From an uncultured Acidobacteriota bacterium (GTDB lineage Bacteria > Acidobacteriota > Terriglobia > UBA7540): DNA of 64,000 bases. Below are positions 19,977-29,889 of this stretch, piece by piece. The position numbers were made by a program, and so were the translations under genes. The stretch lies in the NCBI GenBank assembly GCA_963804995.1, contig CAWDSK010000006.1, forward strand, positions 1,088,001 to 1,152,000. The letters are read 5' to 3'. The stretch's first letter is position 1. Every line of letters begins with the position of its first letter. A model generated the notes under the pieces. That model did not search any database. It was not told where the DNA came from and worked only from the letters and a program-made list of their open reading frames with translations.

Positions 19977-20365
19977 TTCCCGCTGAATGGCTTCCGCCGT
20001 TTTTTTTCCTGCTCCGCCGCTTCGGCCTCCTGGGGGAGGGGGCGCTGACGGCAGATTTTTTCGTTCACCTCCACGAAGGCCCGGCGCAGTTGTTGAAACC
20101 TGCGGAACTCGGCAATCTGTCGTTCCGCCTGGTGCCGGGCGGCAGGGCTGGGGAAGGTTTCGCTGACGGTCCGGCCCTGCACCTTGTAAGTGAGCCGGAA
20201 GTTAGGGCCGTGGCCGGGATGATGGGGCTGATGACAGTGACAGTTGGACTTGCCGCAGCGGGCGGTAATGCTGGTGATCGAACCACTGCGGAGGTCACCC
20301 AGTTGGGCGATCTGGCGGATCAACTCCGCCCGTTGGTTCTCCAGGACGTCAAGGGATTGGGGCAT
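19961..20365 (-). CDS. IS upstream ORF (DUF6788-like), probably fused to the transposase by -1 frameshift
   Basis: GSI..RCGKSNCHC..HGP motif; A8 slippery run at 20000-20007. Confidence 0.75.
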   Translation of the reverse strand: MPQSLDVLENQRAELIRQIAQLGDLRSGSITSITARCGKSNCHCHQPHHPGHGPNFRLTYKVQGRTVSETFPSPAARHQAERQIAEFRRFQQLRRAFVEVNEKICRQRPLPQEAEAAEQEKKRRKPFSGKWREK

Positions 20366-20543
20366 GTTAAGGCCTCCTCTATCCTAACGTATCATATACG
20401 TTAGGATATAAGCGACAAAAAAAGAGCCAGCCCAGAGCGTTACATTTATGTCGCGCACCCAAGCGAAGGAAGGTGATGGCGTCTTCGAACATTTTCAAAG
20501 TATAATTGAATGTTTTATTCGAAGCCCACGCATCCAAGTGAAG

Positions 20544-23075
20544 ATGTTCCATAACTCTCTCTGCCTCAGGACTGTCTGTTTAGCCCTGCTATCTGTCTTA
20601 GGCATACAACTCGCTGCCCGGGGGGCGCTTCCGGAGACTCAGGTCCTGCGAGGAGACGTCCGGGACGATAAGAACGCTCCCATTGAGGGCGCCGTGTGCA
20701 CGCTGCTCGGCCCCACCCTGCCCGAACAGGGCCGGCCCATAACCACCAATGAACATGGGGAATTTGAGTTTACGGGATTGATCCCGGGCTCGTATCAATT
20801 GACCTGCGCGGCGGTGGGTTACGAGCCGGTGGCACAGAATGATATTCAAATCAGTGAAACGCAGGCGCCCACCCTGCAAGTCACGCTGCCCACTGAGGTG
20901 ATTATCCGTCAGAGGGTTGAGGTTTCTGCCCAGGCCCCCAAAGCCACCACGCAAACGTCACTTCCACCTGCCATCATCCATAGCCAGGAACTGCGGACGC
21001 TTCCCTTGGTTGAACAAAGGTTCAAAGCAGCGCTTCCCCTCGTCCCCGGAGTAGTCCGCACCCCAGACGGAAGAATCGCCATCAAGGGAGCGATTGAAAA
21101 CCAGGGCACGCTCCTGATTAATTCTGCCGAGACTGTCGATCCGGTGACCGGCAGTTTCTCCATTGAAGTTCCGATCGACGCGGTGGAGTCTGTCAATGTG
21201 TTCAAAAGCGCCTACCAGGCCGAGTACGGACGGTTTTCGGGCGGGCTCACGACCGTGGAGACTAAAGCCCCCCTGAACCACTGGAATTTTGAGCTGAATG
21301 ATTTTCTGCCCACGCCGCGCATTCTGAATGGGCACGTATTAGGCATCCAGGACGACGAGCCACGACTTTCCTTCACGGGGCCTCTCTGGAAAGACAAGCT
21401 CACCTTCTCAGAGTCATTGACTTACATCTTCTCCCGCCAGCCCGTGAGGGGATTGCCCCACCCGAATAATGAGACCAAGAAGCAGGGAGTCAATTCGTAT
21501 ACGGATTTTTACATGGTCTTCTCACCGCAGCACCTGACAAGCATCAACCTTATTGTGTTCCCGCTGCGGCGGCAATATGACAACATCAATTCCCTCGTTC
21601 CCCAGACAGCTTCCGCCGACTACGGCCAGAGCGGCTATTCGTTGGGCGGCAACGACCGGTACCTCTTTAAAGCGGGCGGGATCCTGACCACGCTCGTGCA
21701 GTTGACGCAGTTTGACAGCTATTCGCACGGGCAGGGCCCCTTGGATATGCTGGTGACTCCCAATGGCTACGCGGGTAACTTTTTCAACGCCTGGACACGC
21801 ACCAGCGCGCAGCAGGAAATTCAGCAGAGCTACCAATTCGCGCACAAGCAATGGCACGGCCGGCATGATGTGAAAGTGGGAGGTGATCTCGTCCACCGCT
21901 CCTACACCGGCATTAGCCGCTCGCGCCCGGTCGAACTGCTGCGGGCCGACGGCTCGCTGGCAGAGCAAATCGATTTTGCACCCGCTGGCCACCTCACCAC
22001 GCAGGACACAGAAATCGGACCTTTCGCCGAAGATCACTGGGCGTTCAATGACCACTTGGCCCTGGATTACGGACTGCGCCTTTCCGGCCAGACACTCGGT
22101 GAGACAGCGGCCGTTTCGCCGCGCTCGGGATTGGTCTATACGCCGGGGAAGCAAGGCAAGACCATCTTCCGCGCCGGCGTGGGAGTCTTCTACGATCGCC
22201 TGCCGCTCCTTGCCGGGGATTTCACGCAGAACCCCACACGGGAGGTAACCCTCTTCAACCCTCAGGGGGTGGTGCTTGGCCCCCCAATTGTGTATCAAAA
22301 CTTCTATGAAAGATTCAAAGAGAATGGCCAGGTAGTAGTCCCCTCGGGCGAGGAGCTTGGAAGTACGCCGTATAACACAACCTGGAACGTGGAGTTCGAT
22401 CAGGAGCTGCGCCCCGGTGTGATCGCGCGTCTCAGCTACCTGAGCAGCCGAACCTTTAACCAGTTCACGGTCAATCCGGAAGCCCTCTCACCCACTAATG
22501 CCGTGCTGTTGCTCTCTAACCTGGGTGCCACTCGCTACCACGAGCTCGAAACCACCCTCCGCGTGCGGCACTCCGAGAAGGCGGATATCAACATCTCTTA
22601 TGTCAACAGCCTGGCGCGCGGCGACCTGAATACGCTTTCTTCGGTCTACGTACCGTATGAGCAACCGGTGATTCGCCCGAACTTTTTTGGTACCCTGCCC
22701 ACCAACGTTCCGCAGCGCGTGGTGACCTGGGGGCGCTTCAAGATTCCCCAGAAGATCACGCTCAGCCCCATAGTCGACGTGCACTCCGGCTTCCCCTATT
22801 CTGCTATCGACGAGCTTCAGAACTATGTGGGACCGCCCAACAGCCTCCGGTTTCCCACATTTTTTTCACTCGATGTACAGGGGACCAAGGATTTTCGGGT
22901 TCCTTACCTTCCCTGGCTCAAGAACCATACCGTCCGGGCGGAAATGCGGGTGTTCAACGTAACCAATCACGGTAATTTCCGGGATGTGTACAACAACGTC
23001 GCTTCTCCGTATTTCGGCAACTTCACGGGTTTCCTACACCGCTCCTACGAACTGTCCCTCGACATCGTCTACTGA
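20544..23075 (+). CDS. TonB-dependent receptor-like outer membrane protein with N-terminal carboxypeptidase-regulatory domain
   Basis: Signal peptide; GEFEFTGLIPGSYQL, AEYGRFSGG, FNVTNHGNF; terminal aromatic residue. The start is approximate. Confidence 0.85.
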   Translation: MFHNSLCLRTVCLALLSVLGIQLAARGALPETQVLRGDVRDDKNAPIEGAVCTLLGPTLPEQGRPITTNEHGEFEFTGLIPGSYQLTCAAVGYEPVAQNDIQISETQAPTLQVTLPTEVIIRQRVEVSAQAPKATTQTSLPPAIIHSQELRTLPLVEQRFKAALPLVPGVVRTPDGRIAIKGAIENQGTLLINSAETVDPVTGSFSIEVPIDAVESVNVFKSAYQAEYGRFSGGLTTVETKAPLNHWNFELNDFLPTPRILNGHVLGIQDDEPRLSFTGPLWKDKLTFSESLTYIFSRQPVRGLPHPNNETKKQGVNSYTDFYMVFSPQHLTSINLIVFPLRRQYDNINSLVPQTASADYGQSGYSLGGNDRYLFKAGGILTTLVQLTQFDSYSHGQGPLDMLVTPNGYAGNFFNAWTRTSAQQEIQQSYQFAHKQWHGRHDVKVGGDLVHRSYTGISRSRPVELLRADGSLAEQIDFAPAGHLTTQDTEIGPFAEDHWAFNDHLALDYGLRLSGQTLGETAAVSPRSGLVYTPGKQGKTIFRAGVGVFYDRLPLLAGDFTQNPTREVTLFNPQGVVLGPPIVYQNFYERFKENGQVVVPSGEELGSTPYNTTWNVEFDQELRPGVIARLSYLSSRTFNQFTVNPEALSPTNAVLLLSNLGATRYHELETTLRVRHSEKADINISYVNSLARGDLNTLSSVYVPYEQPVIRPNFFGTLPTNVPQRVVTWGRFKIPQKITLSPIVDVHSGFPYSAIDELQNYVGPPNSLRFPTFFSLDVQGTKDFRVPYLPWLKNHTVRAEMRVFNVTNHGNFRDVYNNVASPYFGNFTGFLHRSYELSLDIVY

Positions 23076-23143
23076 TAGCGAGCAATGCGGTCAGCGCCAT
23101 CCGCTTTCTGATACAATCCTCGTGTAAGGGCATCAGCGGGAAC

Positions 23144-24341
23144 ATGGCGTCAAACTACAAGGCGGATTTGGTAAAGATCTATCATTCCCTGGGGCGTAAG
23201 AAGCGCCTGGGGACGGTGATCTTCTTCGTCACTTCCCTCTGCAACGCCCAGTGCCGGACCTGTTTTTACTGGGAAGAACTAAACCAGCGCGGCGATCTGA
23301 CCTGGGATGAAATCCGTAAGCTCTCCCGGAGCATGCCGACCTTTACTGACCTGTGGCTCTCAGGGGGAGAGCCCATGCTGCGGCGCGAACTCCCTGATAT
23401 CATCCATCTCTTCCACAGCAACAATGGGATTCGCTGGGTTAACCTGCCTACCAACGGTCTGCTGCCGGAGCGTACGGGGGAGTGGGTGGCACGTATTTGC
23501 GAGGAGAATCCTGGCCTGCAACTCGACTTGAACGTGGCGATGGATGGCCTCGACGAGATGCAAGACTCAATTCGCGCCGTCCCGGGAAATTTCCAGAAGA
23601 CGCTCGATACACTGGAAGCGGTCCAGCCCTGCCGGCAGAGATTCCCCAAGCTGCGCGTGAACATCAACACGGTGATCTGCGCGGAGAACTTTGATCAGGT
23701 AATGACCATCGCAGAGTTCGTGAAGGGGAACTGCGCAGTGGATGGCCACTACTTCAACATTATTCGGGGCAACGCCAAGGATGCGACGCTAAAACAAATC
23801 CCGACCGATCACCTGGCAGGCCTCTACCAGGACCTGCAAGGGGTCTATGAATATTACTCGCATCGCGTCCTCGAGCGCCGCACCGGCGTGGCGCGGAAGA
23901 TTGCCCAGGTCTATTACCACGGCACGCTGGCGCTCCATAACAAAATTCAGCTTGAGAATATTAATGCGCCGCATCCCTGGCCGATGCCCTGTACTGCCGG
24001 TGAGACTTCCATCGTCATCGATTACAACGGCGAAGTGCGCGCCTGCGAGCTGCGCGGTAAGCTCGCTAACTTGCGCGATTACGACTGTGATTTCGAAAAG
24101 TTCTGGCAGACTCAGAAACGTGCCGACGAAGTGGAGGCAATCGTGCACGATCAATGCTGGTGCACGCACGTCTGCTTTATCCACGACAGCCTGCGGCACT
24201 CCCCCAAAGTCCTGCTCTACGATATCCCCCTCACTTACCTCGAGTCGAAGTACTCGAACGCGCTCCGCGCCGGGCGAACCCGCCGGTATATCCACCCCGG
24301 ACCTCCCCATCAAACCCTTACAAACGCCCCACACCTTGTGA
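23144..24341 (+). CDS. Radical SAM protein with C-terminal Cys-rich (SPASM/twitch-like) domain; apparent +1 indel near 24257
   Basis: CNAQCRTC, SGGEP, CTAG..ACE, CWCTHVC. Removing one A from TCGAACG gives a stop at 24341 (span 3n+1). Confidence 0.8.
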
Positions 24342-24430
24342 TAAGTTCTCCTTGCCCGACAGTGAGCTGGCCACCGGCGAGCGGCGCCCAGAAGTCCGCA
24401 TCATTAACTTCACCTTTGGAGTCCTTCGGC

Positions 24431-26297
24431 ATGATCAAGCAACGGAAGTTCGTCCTTATACTCATCCTCGCGGCAAGCGTTACGAGCTTCGTGGCGCTTG
24501 CTCCGCGCGGCCAGAATCCTCTGGACGTGAGCGAGATCTTTACCAAAATGGACGTGATGATTCCCATGCGTGACGGCGTGCGCCTGCACACGGAAGTCTA
24601 CGTGCCAAAGATTGCCCCGATGCCGGTGCCGTTCATTATGGAGCGAACTCCTTACGGAGTGATGGATGATGAAAAGGGCATGGCCGTCAAATTCGGCCGC
24701 TATCGGGCACTCGTCCCTGAAGGCTACATCTTTGTCTTTCAAGATATCCGGGGGCGCTACAAGTCGGAAGGCCAGTTCGTAATGCTGCGCCGCCCACACG
24801 ACCCGCACGACCCAAAGGCTATCGATGAAGGCACCGACACCTACGACACCATCGATTGGCTGCTCAAGAATGTTCACAACCACAACGGACGGGTGGGGCT
24901 TCTGGGAATTTCTTACGGGGGCTGGCTGACCGTGATGGGGATGCTGGAGCCGCACCCGGCACTCAAAGCCGTCTCCGAGCAGGCTTCGCCCGCCGATATG
25001 TATCTGGGCGACAACTTCCACCATAACGGCGCATTCCGGCTCAGTTACGGGTTTGAGTACGCCGCGATGATGGAAACGGGCAAGACCAGCTTCCATTTTC
25101 AGTTCGACCGCCCCGACACCTACGAGTGGTATCTCGGGCTGGGGCCCCTGTCACACATCAATGCGGATTACCTGCACGGCACAGTGCCGTCGTGGAACGA
25201 TTTCGTAGAGCATCCGGACTACGACCAGTTCTGGCAGCAACAAGCCGTAACTCCCTATTTGAAGAAGGTGACGGTGCCGAACTTGAACGTGGCCGGCTGG
25301 TGGGACCAGGAAGATTTCTACGGGCCGCAGAGAATCTATGAAACGCTGGAAAAGAAGGATTCCCAACACTGGAATTACTTCGTGGCCGGGCCCTGGAATC
25401 ACGGTGGGTGGTCCGGGGGGACGGGAAACGCGCTGGGCAAAATCCAGTTCGGCAGCGATACGGCCAAATATTTTCGCGAGAATATCGAAGCCGCGTGGTT
25501 TGCCTACTGGTTGAAAGACAAAGGGCAACTGCCGCTGACCGAGGCCATGACTTTTCAAACGGGAACCAACAAATGGGAAACCTATGACTCCTGGCCGCCA
25601 CGCCATGGCACCCAGCCGCGCAAACTCTATTTCCAAGAGGGGGGCCGGCTTTCTTTCGATCGGCCGCGCGAGCCTGAGGGGAAGGGGTTTGACCAGTACG
25701 TTTCCGACCCTGCGAACCCTGTGCCCTACCGCCATCGGCCGGTCCAGCCCACTTATCCCGGCGGCGGTTGGCCCACCTGGCTGGTGGAAGATCAGCGCTT
25801 CGTCCAGGATCGCCCGAACGTCCTAACCTGGCAAACTGCCCCGCTCACGGAAGACCTGACTGTGGCGGGCGATATCGTGGCGCATGTGTTCGCCTCCACC
25901 ACCGGCACGGATAGCGATTGGGTCGTGAAGCTGATCGAACGTCTATCCCCAGGAGTACCCCGCCGATCCTTCCCTAAGTGGATATGAATTGATGATTGCG
26001 GATGAGGTCTTTCGCGGCCGCTTCCGCAAGAGCTTTGAGAAGCCCGAGCCCGCCACCCCGAACCAGGCGGCAGAGTATGTTATCGATCTCCACACCAACG
26101 ACCATTGCTTTCTGCGCGGGCACCGCATCATGGTGCAGGTGCAGAGTACATGGTTTCCGATCATCGACCGTAACCCACAGAAGTTTGTGCCCAACATCTT
26201 CAAGGCCACTAAGGCCGACTACCAAGTGGCCACGCAGCACGTTTACCGCTCGCGGGAATACCCCTCTTCCGTCGAACTTCCTGTGAAGGTGCAGTGA
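24431..26297 (+). CDS. CocE/NonD family hydrolase (alpha-amino acid ester hydrolase-like); +1 frameshift at about 25938
   Basis: Own signal peptide and RBS; IPMRDGVRL, RTPY, GISYGGW, GPWNHG. Removing one A restores VKLIDVYP..FRGRFR. Confidence 0.88.
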
Positions 26298-26311
26298 GGC
26301 GAGCCACAGGA

Positions 26312-26798
26312 TCAAGATGCCGGTCCCGGCGTCCCGGCGGTCTGCTCCGAAGTGTCGGTTTGCTCACGCAGCTTGCGTTGCTCAACGTTGAGCAACGCGC
26401 CGAGCAGCACATCCAAGGAATCGAGCAGCCGCGCGTCAGCCGTCTGGATCAAGTAATTGGCCATGCGCAGCAACTGCAATTGGCGTGGGCTGTAGCTTTC
26501 TGCATGAGGGTCGGCAGCTTTGCCGCGGCTGGAGCGCAGCATGTCCATAACACAGTTGCCCGATGTGGTGATGACACACTGCAAAGTCCCCAATTGGGCG
26601 GAGCCTTCCTGGAAAAGTTCACTCATGGGCACGCCCAGAGCCGCTGCGATTTTTCGCAACGTTTGCGGGCGTGCGCTCGAGGTGACGGTTCTCGATGCGG
26701 GAAAGGTAGGAGCCCGCCAGACCCGTGCGGTCGCTCAAATCCCGCTGGGTCAAACCCTTTTGGTTGCGTAGCTGAATAAGACGGCTACCAATGCTCAT
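26312..26798 (-). CDS. XRE-family helix-turn-helix regulator; +1 frameshift near 26674
   Basis: Own translation MSIGSRLIQLRNQKGLTQRDLSDRTGLAGSYLSRIEN, then shifted to TLRKIAAALGVPMSELF. Span is 3n+1. Confidence 0.82.
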
Positions 26799-26864
26799 CC
26801 CTCGGCCTCCTCATGACTTGTCAGCCGCAATCTTAACATATATGTAATAAAAAGGCAGCTAGAC

Positions 26865-26912
26865 CCCTATGCGTCTTGACATAGCTGTAAAGGAGCGTAT
26901 CTTTGCATAGGG
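26865..26912 (+). promoter_or_regulatory. Sigma70-type promoter bracketed by an 8-bp inverted repeat
   Basis: TTGACA (26876-26881), N16, TATCTT (26898-26903); CCCTATGC ... GCATAGGG. Confidence 0.55.
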
Positions 26913-27303
26913 ACCCAGCAACATTAAGCGGAACGGTTCTCAGTCCACTGTAAGAGTTTGCCGGAATCCTGTCGGTCCCGTCGCCTGAGCGAGGCGTGAG
27001 GCAGCACGAGCAATAGCGAAAAGGCCACATGCGGTGGCCAGCTCGGAGCTCCAGCGTGAATGCACGGCGGGTGAGAGGTCGATAGAGGCGCCCCGTGGTC
27101 GGCCAGTGAGGAAGCGCCCGGCCCCAAGAAAGCCCGCATCCTGGCGGCAGGATTCCGTGATTTTCAAGTTTCGGTAGGAGGATAGACAGTAAAAAGCTAG
27201 CCTCAATAACTACCATACGAGCCCACCGACCCGTCCGGGATTTAATTCGCAACCCCACAATCCTGCCTGATAAGCCCTGAGCCGGACGGGTCTTCCCTTT
27301 TTC
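26910..27303 (+). ncRNA. Candidate structured non-coding RNA or long leader
   Basis: 13-bp closing stem 26962-26974 / 27145-27157 enclosing several hairpins; 11-bp stem 27228-27238 / 27282-27292 followed by a pyrimidine run. No family recognised. Confidence 0.4.
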
Positions 27304-27382
27304 CGCCCAAAATCCAAGGTCAGACTGGCGCTAGAGAGTTTTCTGGCAGCTCCGCGCGAGGTAGAATCCTTCCGGTCAACCC

Positions 27383-27862
27383 ATGGGTTCCACGGAGATT
27401 CAATTCGCTGCGGATCGAATGCTGGGGCGTTTGGCGAAGATGCTGCGCCTGCTGGGATATGACACACTGTATGCGTCCGACATGAGCACGGCCAGGCTCC
27501 TTGAAATCGCTCGGCAAGGTGAGCGTGTGCTGCTGACGCGCGGTGACATCCGGAAGCGTTTCCAGGGAATCGGGTGCGTGCATAGCCTGAGAAGTGAGTA
27601 CCCGCCCGAACAACTGCGCGAGGTGGTGGAGCAATTTGGTTTGGACACGCGTTCCGGGCTCTGGACGCGCTGCACCCTCTGCAATTCGCCTATTACTGTT
27701 GTCGATAAACGTGATGTGGAATCGAGCCTGGATCCCAAGATCCTCCAAGTTTACGACCAGTTCTTTCGCTGCACGGGCTGCGGGCACCTTTATTGGCGCG
27801 GTTCGCACGTCGAGCGCATCCTGAAAAACCTGGACGGGCTTCTGCGACAATCCCAAAGCTAA
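27383..27862 (+). CDS. Mut7-C RNase (PIN-like plus Zn ribbon) domain protein
   Basis: DRMLGRLAKMLRLLGYDT, LLTR, RCTLCN, CTGCGHLYWRGSH. Confidence 0.9.
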   Translation: MGSTEIQFAADRMLGRLAKMLRLLGYDTLYASDMSTARLLEIARQGERVLLTRGDIRKRFQGIGCVHSLRSEYPPEQLREVVEQFGLDTRSGLWTRCTLCNSPITVVDKRDVESSLDPKILQVYDQFFRCTGCGHLYWRGSHVERILKNLDGLLRQSQS

Positions 27863-28025
27863 TCTGCAGGGTCGAGGTTACTGTTTCTGTTGGCGCGCAC
27901 ATCGCTCTCTTTCATCCCGAGTCACTTTGGCGATGGCAATTCGGGGTTGCAGAGTGCGGCGCTGACGCGATATGGTGCAAGGGAAGTTTCGGATAACCCA
28001 TTCGAAAGTCTGTGGAGGATTCTAT

Positions 28026-29051
28026 ATGCGGGTTCTGGTAACGGGCGGGGCGGGCTATATTGGCAGTCACACGGCCCGAGCCTTGGCGGCATCAGGCCAC
28101 GAACCCGTGGTTCTGGATAATCTCAGCACCGGCCATCGTTGGGCGGTGAAGTGGGGGCCCTTCGTCGAAGCGGACTTGGCCGACCGGGATTTACTTCCGC
28201 GAATCCTGAGGGAGCAGCAAGTCGAAGCGGTCATGCATTTTGCGGCAAGTCTGTTGGTGAATGAATCTGTTCGGGAGCCGAGAAAATACTTTTGGAACAA
28301 CGTGGTCAATACGCTGCACTTGCTGGATGCCATGCTTGAGACGGGAGTAAAGCGGATCATTTTTTCCTCCTCGGCGGCCACCTACGGCGACCCCGAAAAA
28401 ATCCCCATGCCGGAGGACCACCGCCAGCGCCCCGTGAATCCCTACGGTGAAACGAAGTTGATGATGGAACGAGCCCTGGAGTGGTATGGCCGCGCCTATG
28501 GCCTGAAATGGATCGCATTGCGATATTTCAACGCCGCTGGGGCGGACCCGGAGGGCGGGTTGGGCGAAGAACACGATCCGGAGACCCATCTGATTCCGTT
28601 GATTGTCCTGGCCGCGCTCGGCCGGCGGCCTTACGTGGAGATCTACGGCACGGACTACGAAACTCCAGACGGGACCGCCATCCGGGACTACATCCACGTC
28701 ACCGATTTGGCGGAGGCGCATGTACGGGCGTTGGAGCATCTGGCTCGCGGCGGCGAAAGCAGAGCGTTGAACCTTGGCACGGGCCTGGGGCACTCCGTCC
28801 GCGAGGTCATCAGCGCCGTAGGGAAGCTCTCACCGCACCCTGTGCCGGTTCGCGAAGGGCCACGGCGAGAAGGGGATCCACCCGCGCTAGTTGCCGACGC
28901 AAGCCGGGCGGCCAAGGTTTTGGGCTGGAAACCGCACCATTCCGGATTGGATGCCATCGTTCAGAGTGCCTGGAACTGGCACTTGGCCCGGGGCTCGGGG
29001 TTAGGGATGGGAGGTCGGGCTAAGCCCGAATCCCGAGTCCCTAGGGGTTAA
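28026..29051 (+). CDS. galE: UDP-glucose 4-epimerase
   Basis: TGGAGYIGSH, FSSSAATYG, YGETK, LRYFNAAGA, DGTAIRDYIHV. Confidence 0.95.
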   Translation: MRVLVTGGAGYIGSHTARALAASGHEPVVLDNLSTGHRWAVKWGPFVEADLADRDLLPRILREQQVEAVMHFAASLLVNESVREPRKYFWNNVVNTLHLLDAMLETGVKRIIFSSSAATYGDPEKIPMPEDHRQRPVNPYGETKLMMERALEWYGRAYGLKWIALRYFNAAGADPEGGLGEEHDPETHLIPLIVLAALGRRPYVEIYGTDYETPDGTAIRDYIHVTDLAEAHVRALEHLARGGESRALNLGTGLGHSVREVISAVGKLSPHPVPVREGPRREGDPPALVADASRAAKVLGWKPHHSGLDAIVQSAWNWHLARGSGLGMGGRAKPESRVPRG

Positions 29052-29392
29052 ACATACCCCAATTCCCTTCCCAGCGAGCGGAGTTGAATTCCATCGATGA
29101 AAAGTTCGGCTTGCGTGGCATCGTAACCATGTTCTAAGGTGCGACGCAAGAAGCGGGCGGCAATTTCGGCGAGTTGTTGGTCGCTCAGGTATTTGTGGTC
29201 TTTCTCACGCAGTTCCGTGAGCGCCGGGCAGGAAATTGATACCGTGGCGTGTTGTCCATCGACGAGAAATACACAATCGATGGTATCGCTGTGCCGAGTG
29301 GCGATGGCGGCAAACAAGTGCACAAAACGAACCGTGACGGGTTCTGCCAAACCGCGAGAGCTGACCTCGAATGGCGTGACAATGTAGCTCAT
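29048..29392 (-). CDS. Hypothetical protein
   Basis: Clean 114-aa ORF convergent with galE; protein-like composition; no family recognised. Confidence 0.65.
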   Translation of the reverse strand: MSYIVTPFEVSSRGLAEPVTVRFVHLFAAIATRHSDTIDCVFLVDGQHATVSISCPALTELREKDHKYLSDQQLAEIAARFLRRTLEHGYDATQAELFIDGIQLRSLGRELGYV

Positions 29393-29567
29393 GGTGAGAT
29401 ATCCCTGCGGCCTCAGATGTCCCGATAGAATCTTGACGGCCGGGCAAGCATTATAAACCAGCTTGTGGGTATGGACGAAGTCAGAGGTGCGTGGGCGATA
29501 AGGTTCGACGAATCCCCAACGCGCAAATTATTGAAACCACTTGCAGGAGTCATCGAAGCGGAATTTA

Positions 29568-29596
29568 TGCAACCTTTCAGCACCCCGACGCGTCTA
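29568..29596 (+). promoter_or_regulatory. Putative ECF-sigma promoter
   Basis: TGCAAC-N17-CGTCTA, matching the AAC/CGTC pattern upstream of both ECF genes in this window. Confidence 0.5.
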
Positions 29597-29889
29597 ATTC
29601 AGTAACTCTATTCTATTGACTACCTGGGGAAGTGGGTGATCCCGGGTCTTCCCGAATTATCCACTTCCTCCTTCCTCAAATCAGAAATGTTCAAAGACGA
29701 GTAAGGCGGGAGCTGCGGAATTGCAGACTCCCCGCTTCTGACAGATTCGGAAAAACGGTTTACACGTGGCGTGGGGAAGCTATATACTCCGCTGCATCAG
29801 CTTTACTGCCATCCTCTTAAGGACTCAACGTGTCTTAGAAACATCAGAAGACCGGCGGGTGGTCGGGAGCATCTTTGGAGCGATTGCAC

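Larger units (their letters stand above)
18625..20460 (-). mobile_element. ISKra4-family insertion sequence (1836 bp), 9-bp target duplication AAGCGAAGG
   Basis: TIRs GGGTGTGCGACA / GGGTGCGCGACA; duplication at 18616-18624 and 20461-20469. Confidence 0.9.

Noticed and set aside
23144..25987. 947-aa radical SAM-CocE fusion in the ORF track
   Set aside because: The linker is not protein-like, CocE has its own RBS and signal peptide at 24431, and a single-base correction near 24257 ends the radical SAM at 24341.
26950..26965. GGCAAAC on the minus strand as a c-di-GMP-I riboswitch
   Set aside because: The downstream GAAA-loop stem and GCAAAGC elements are absent.
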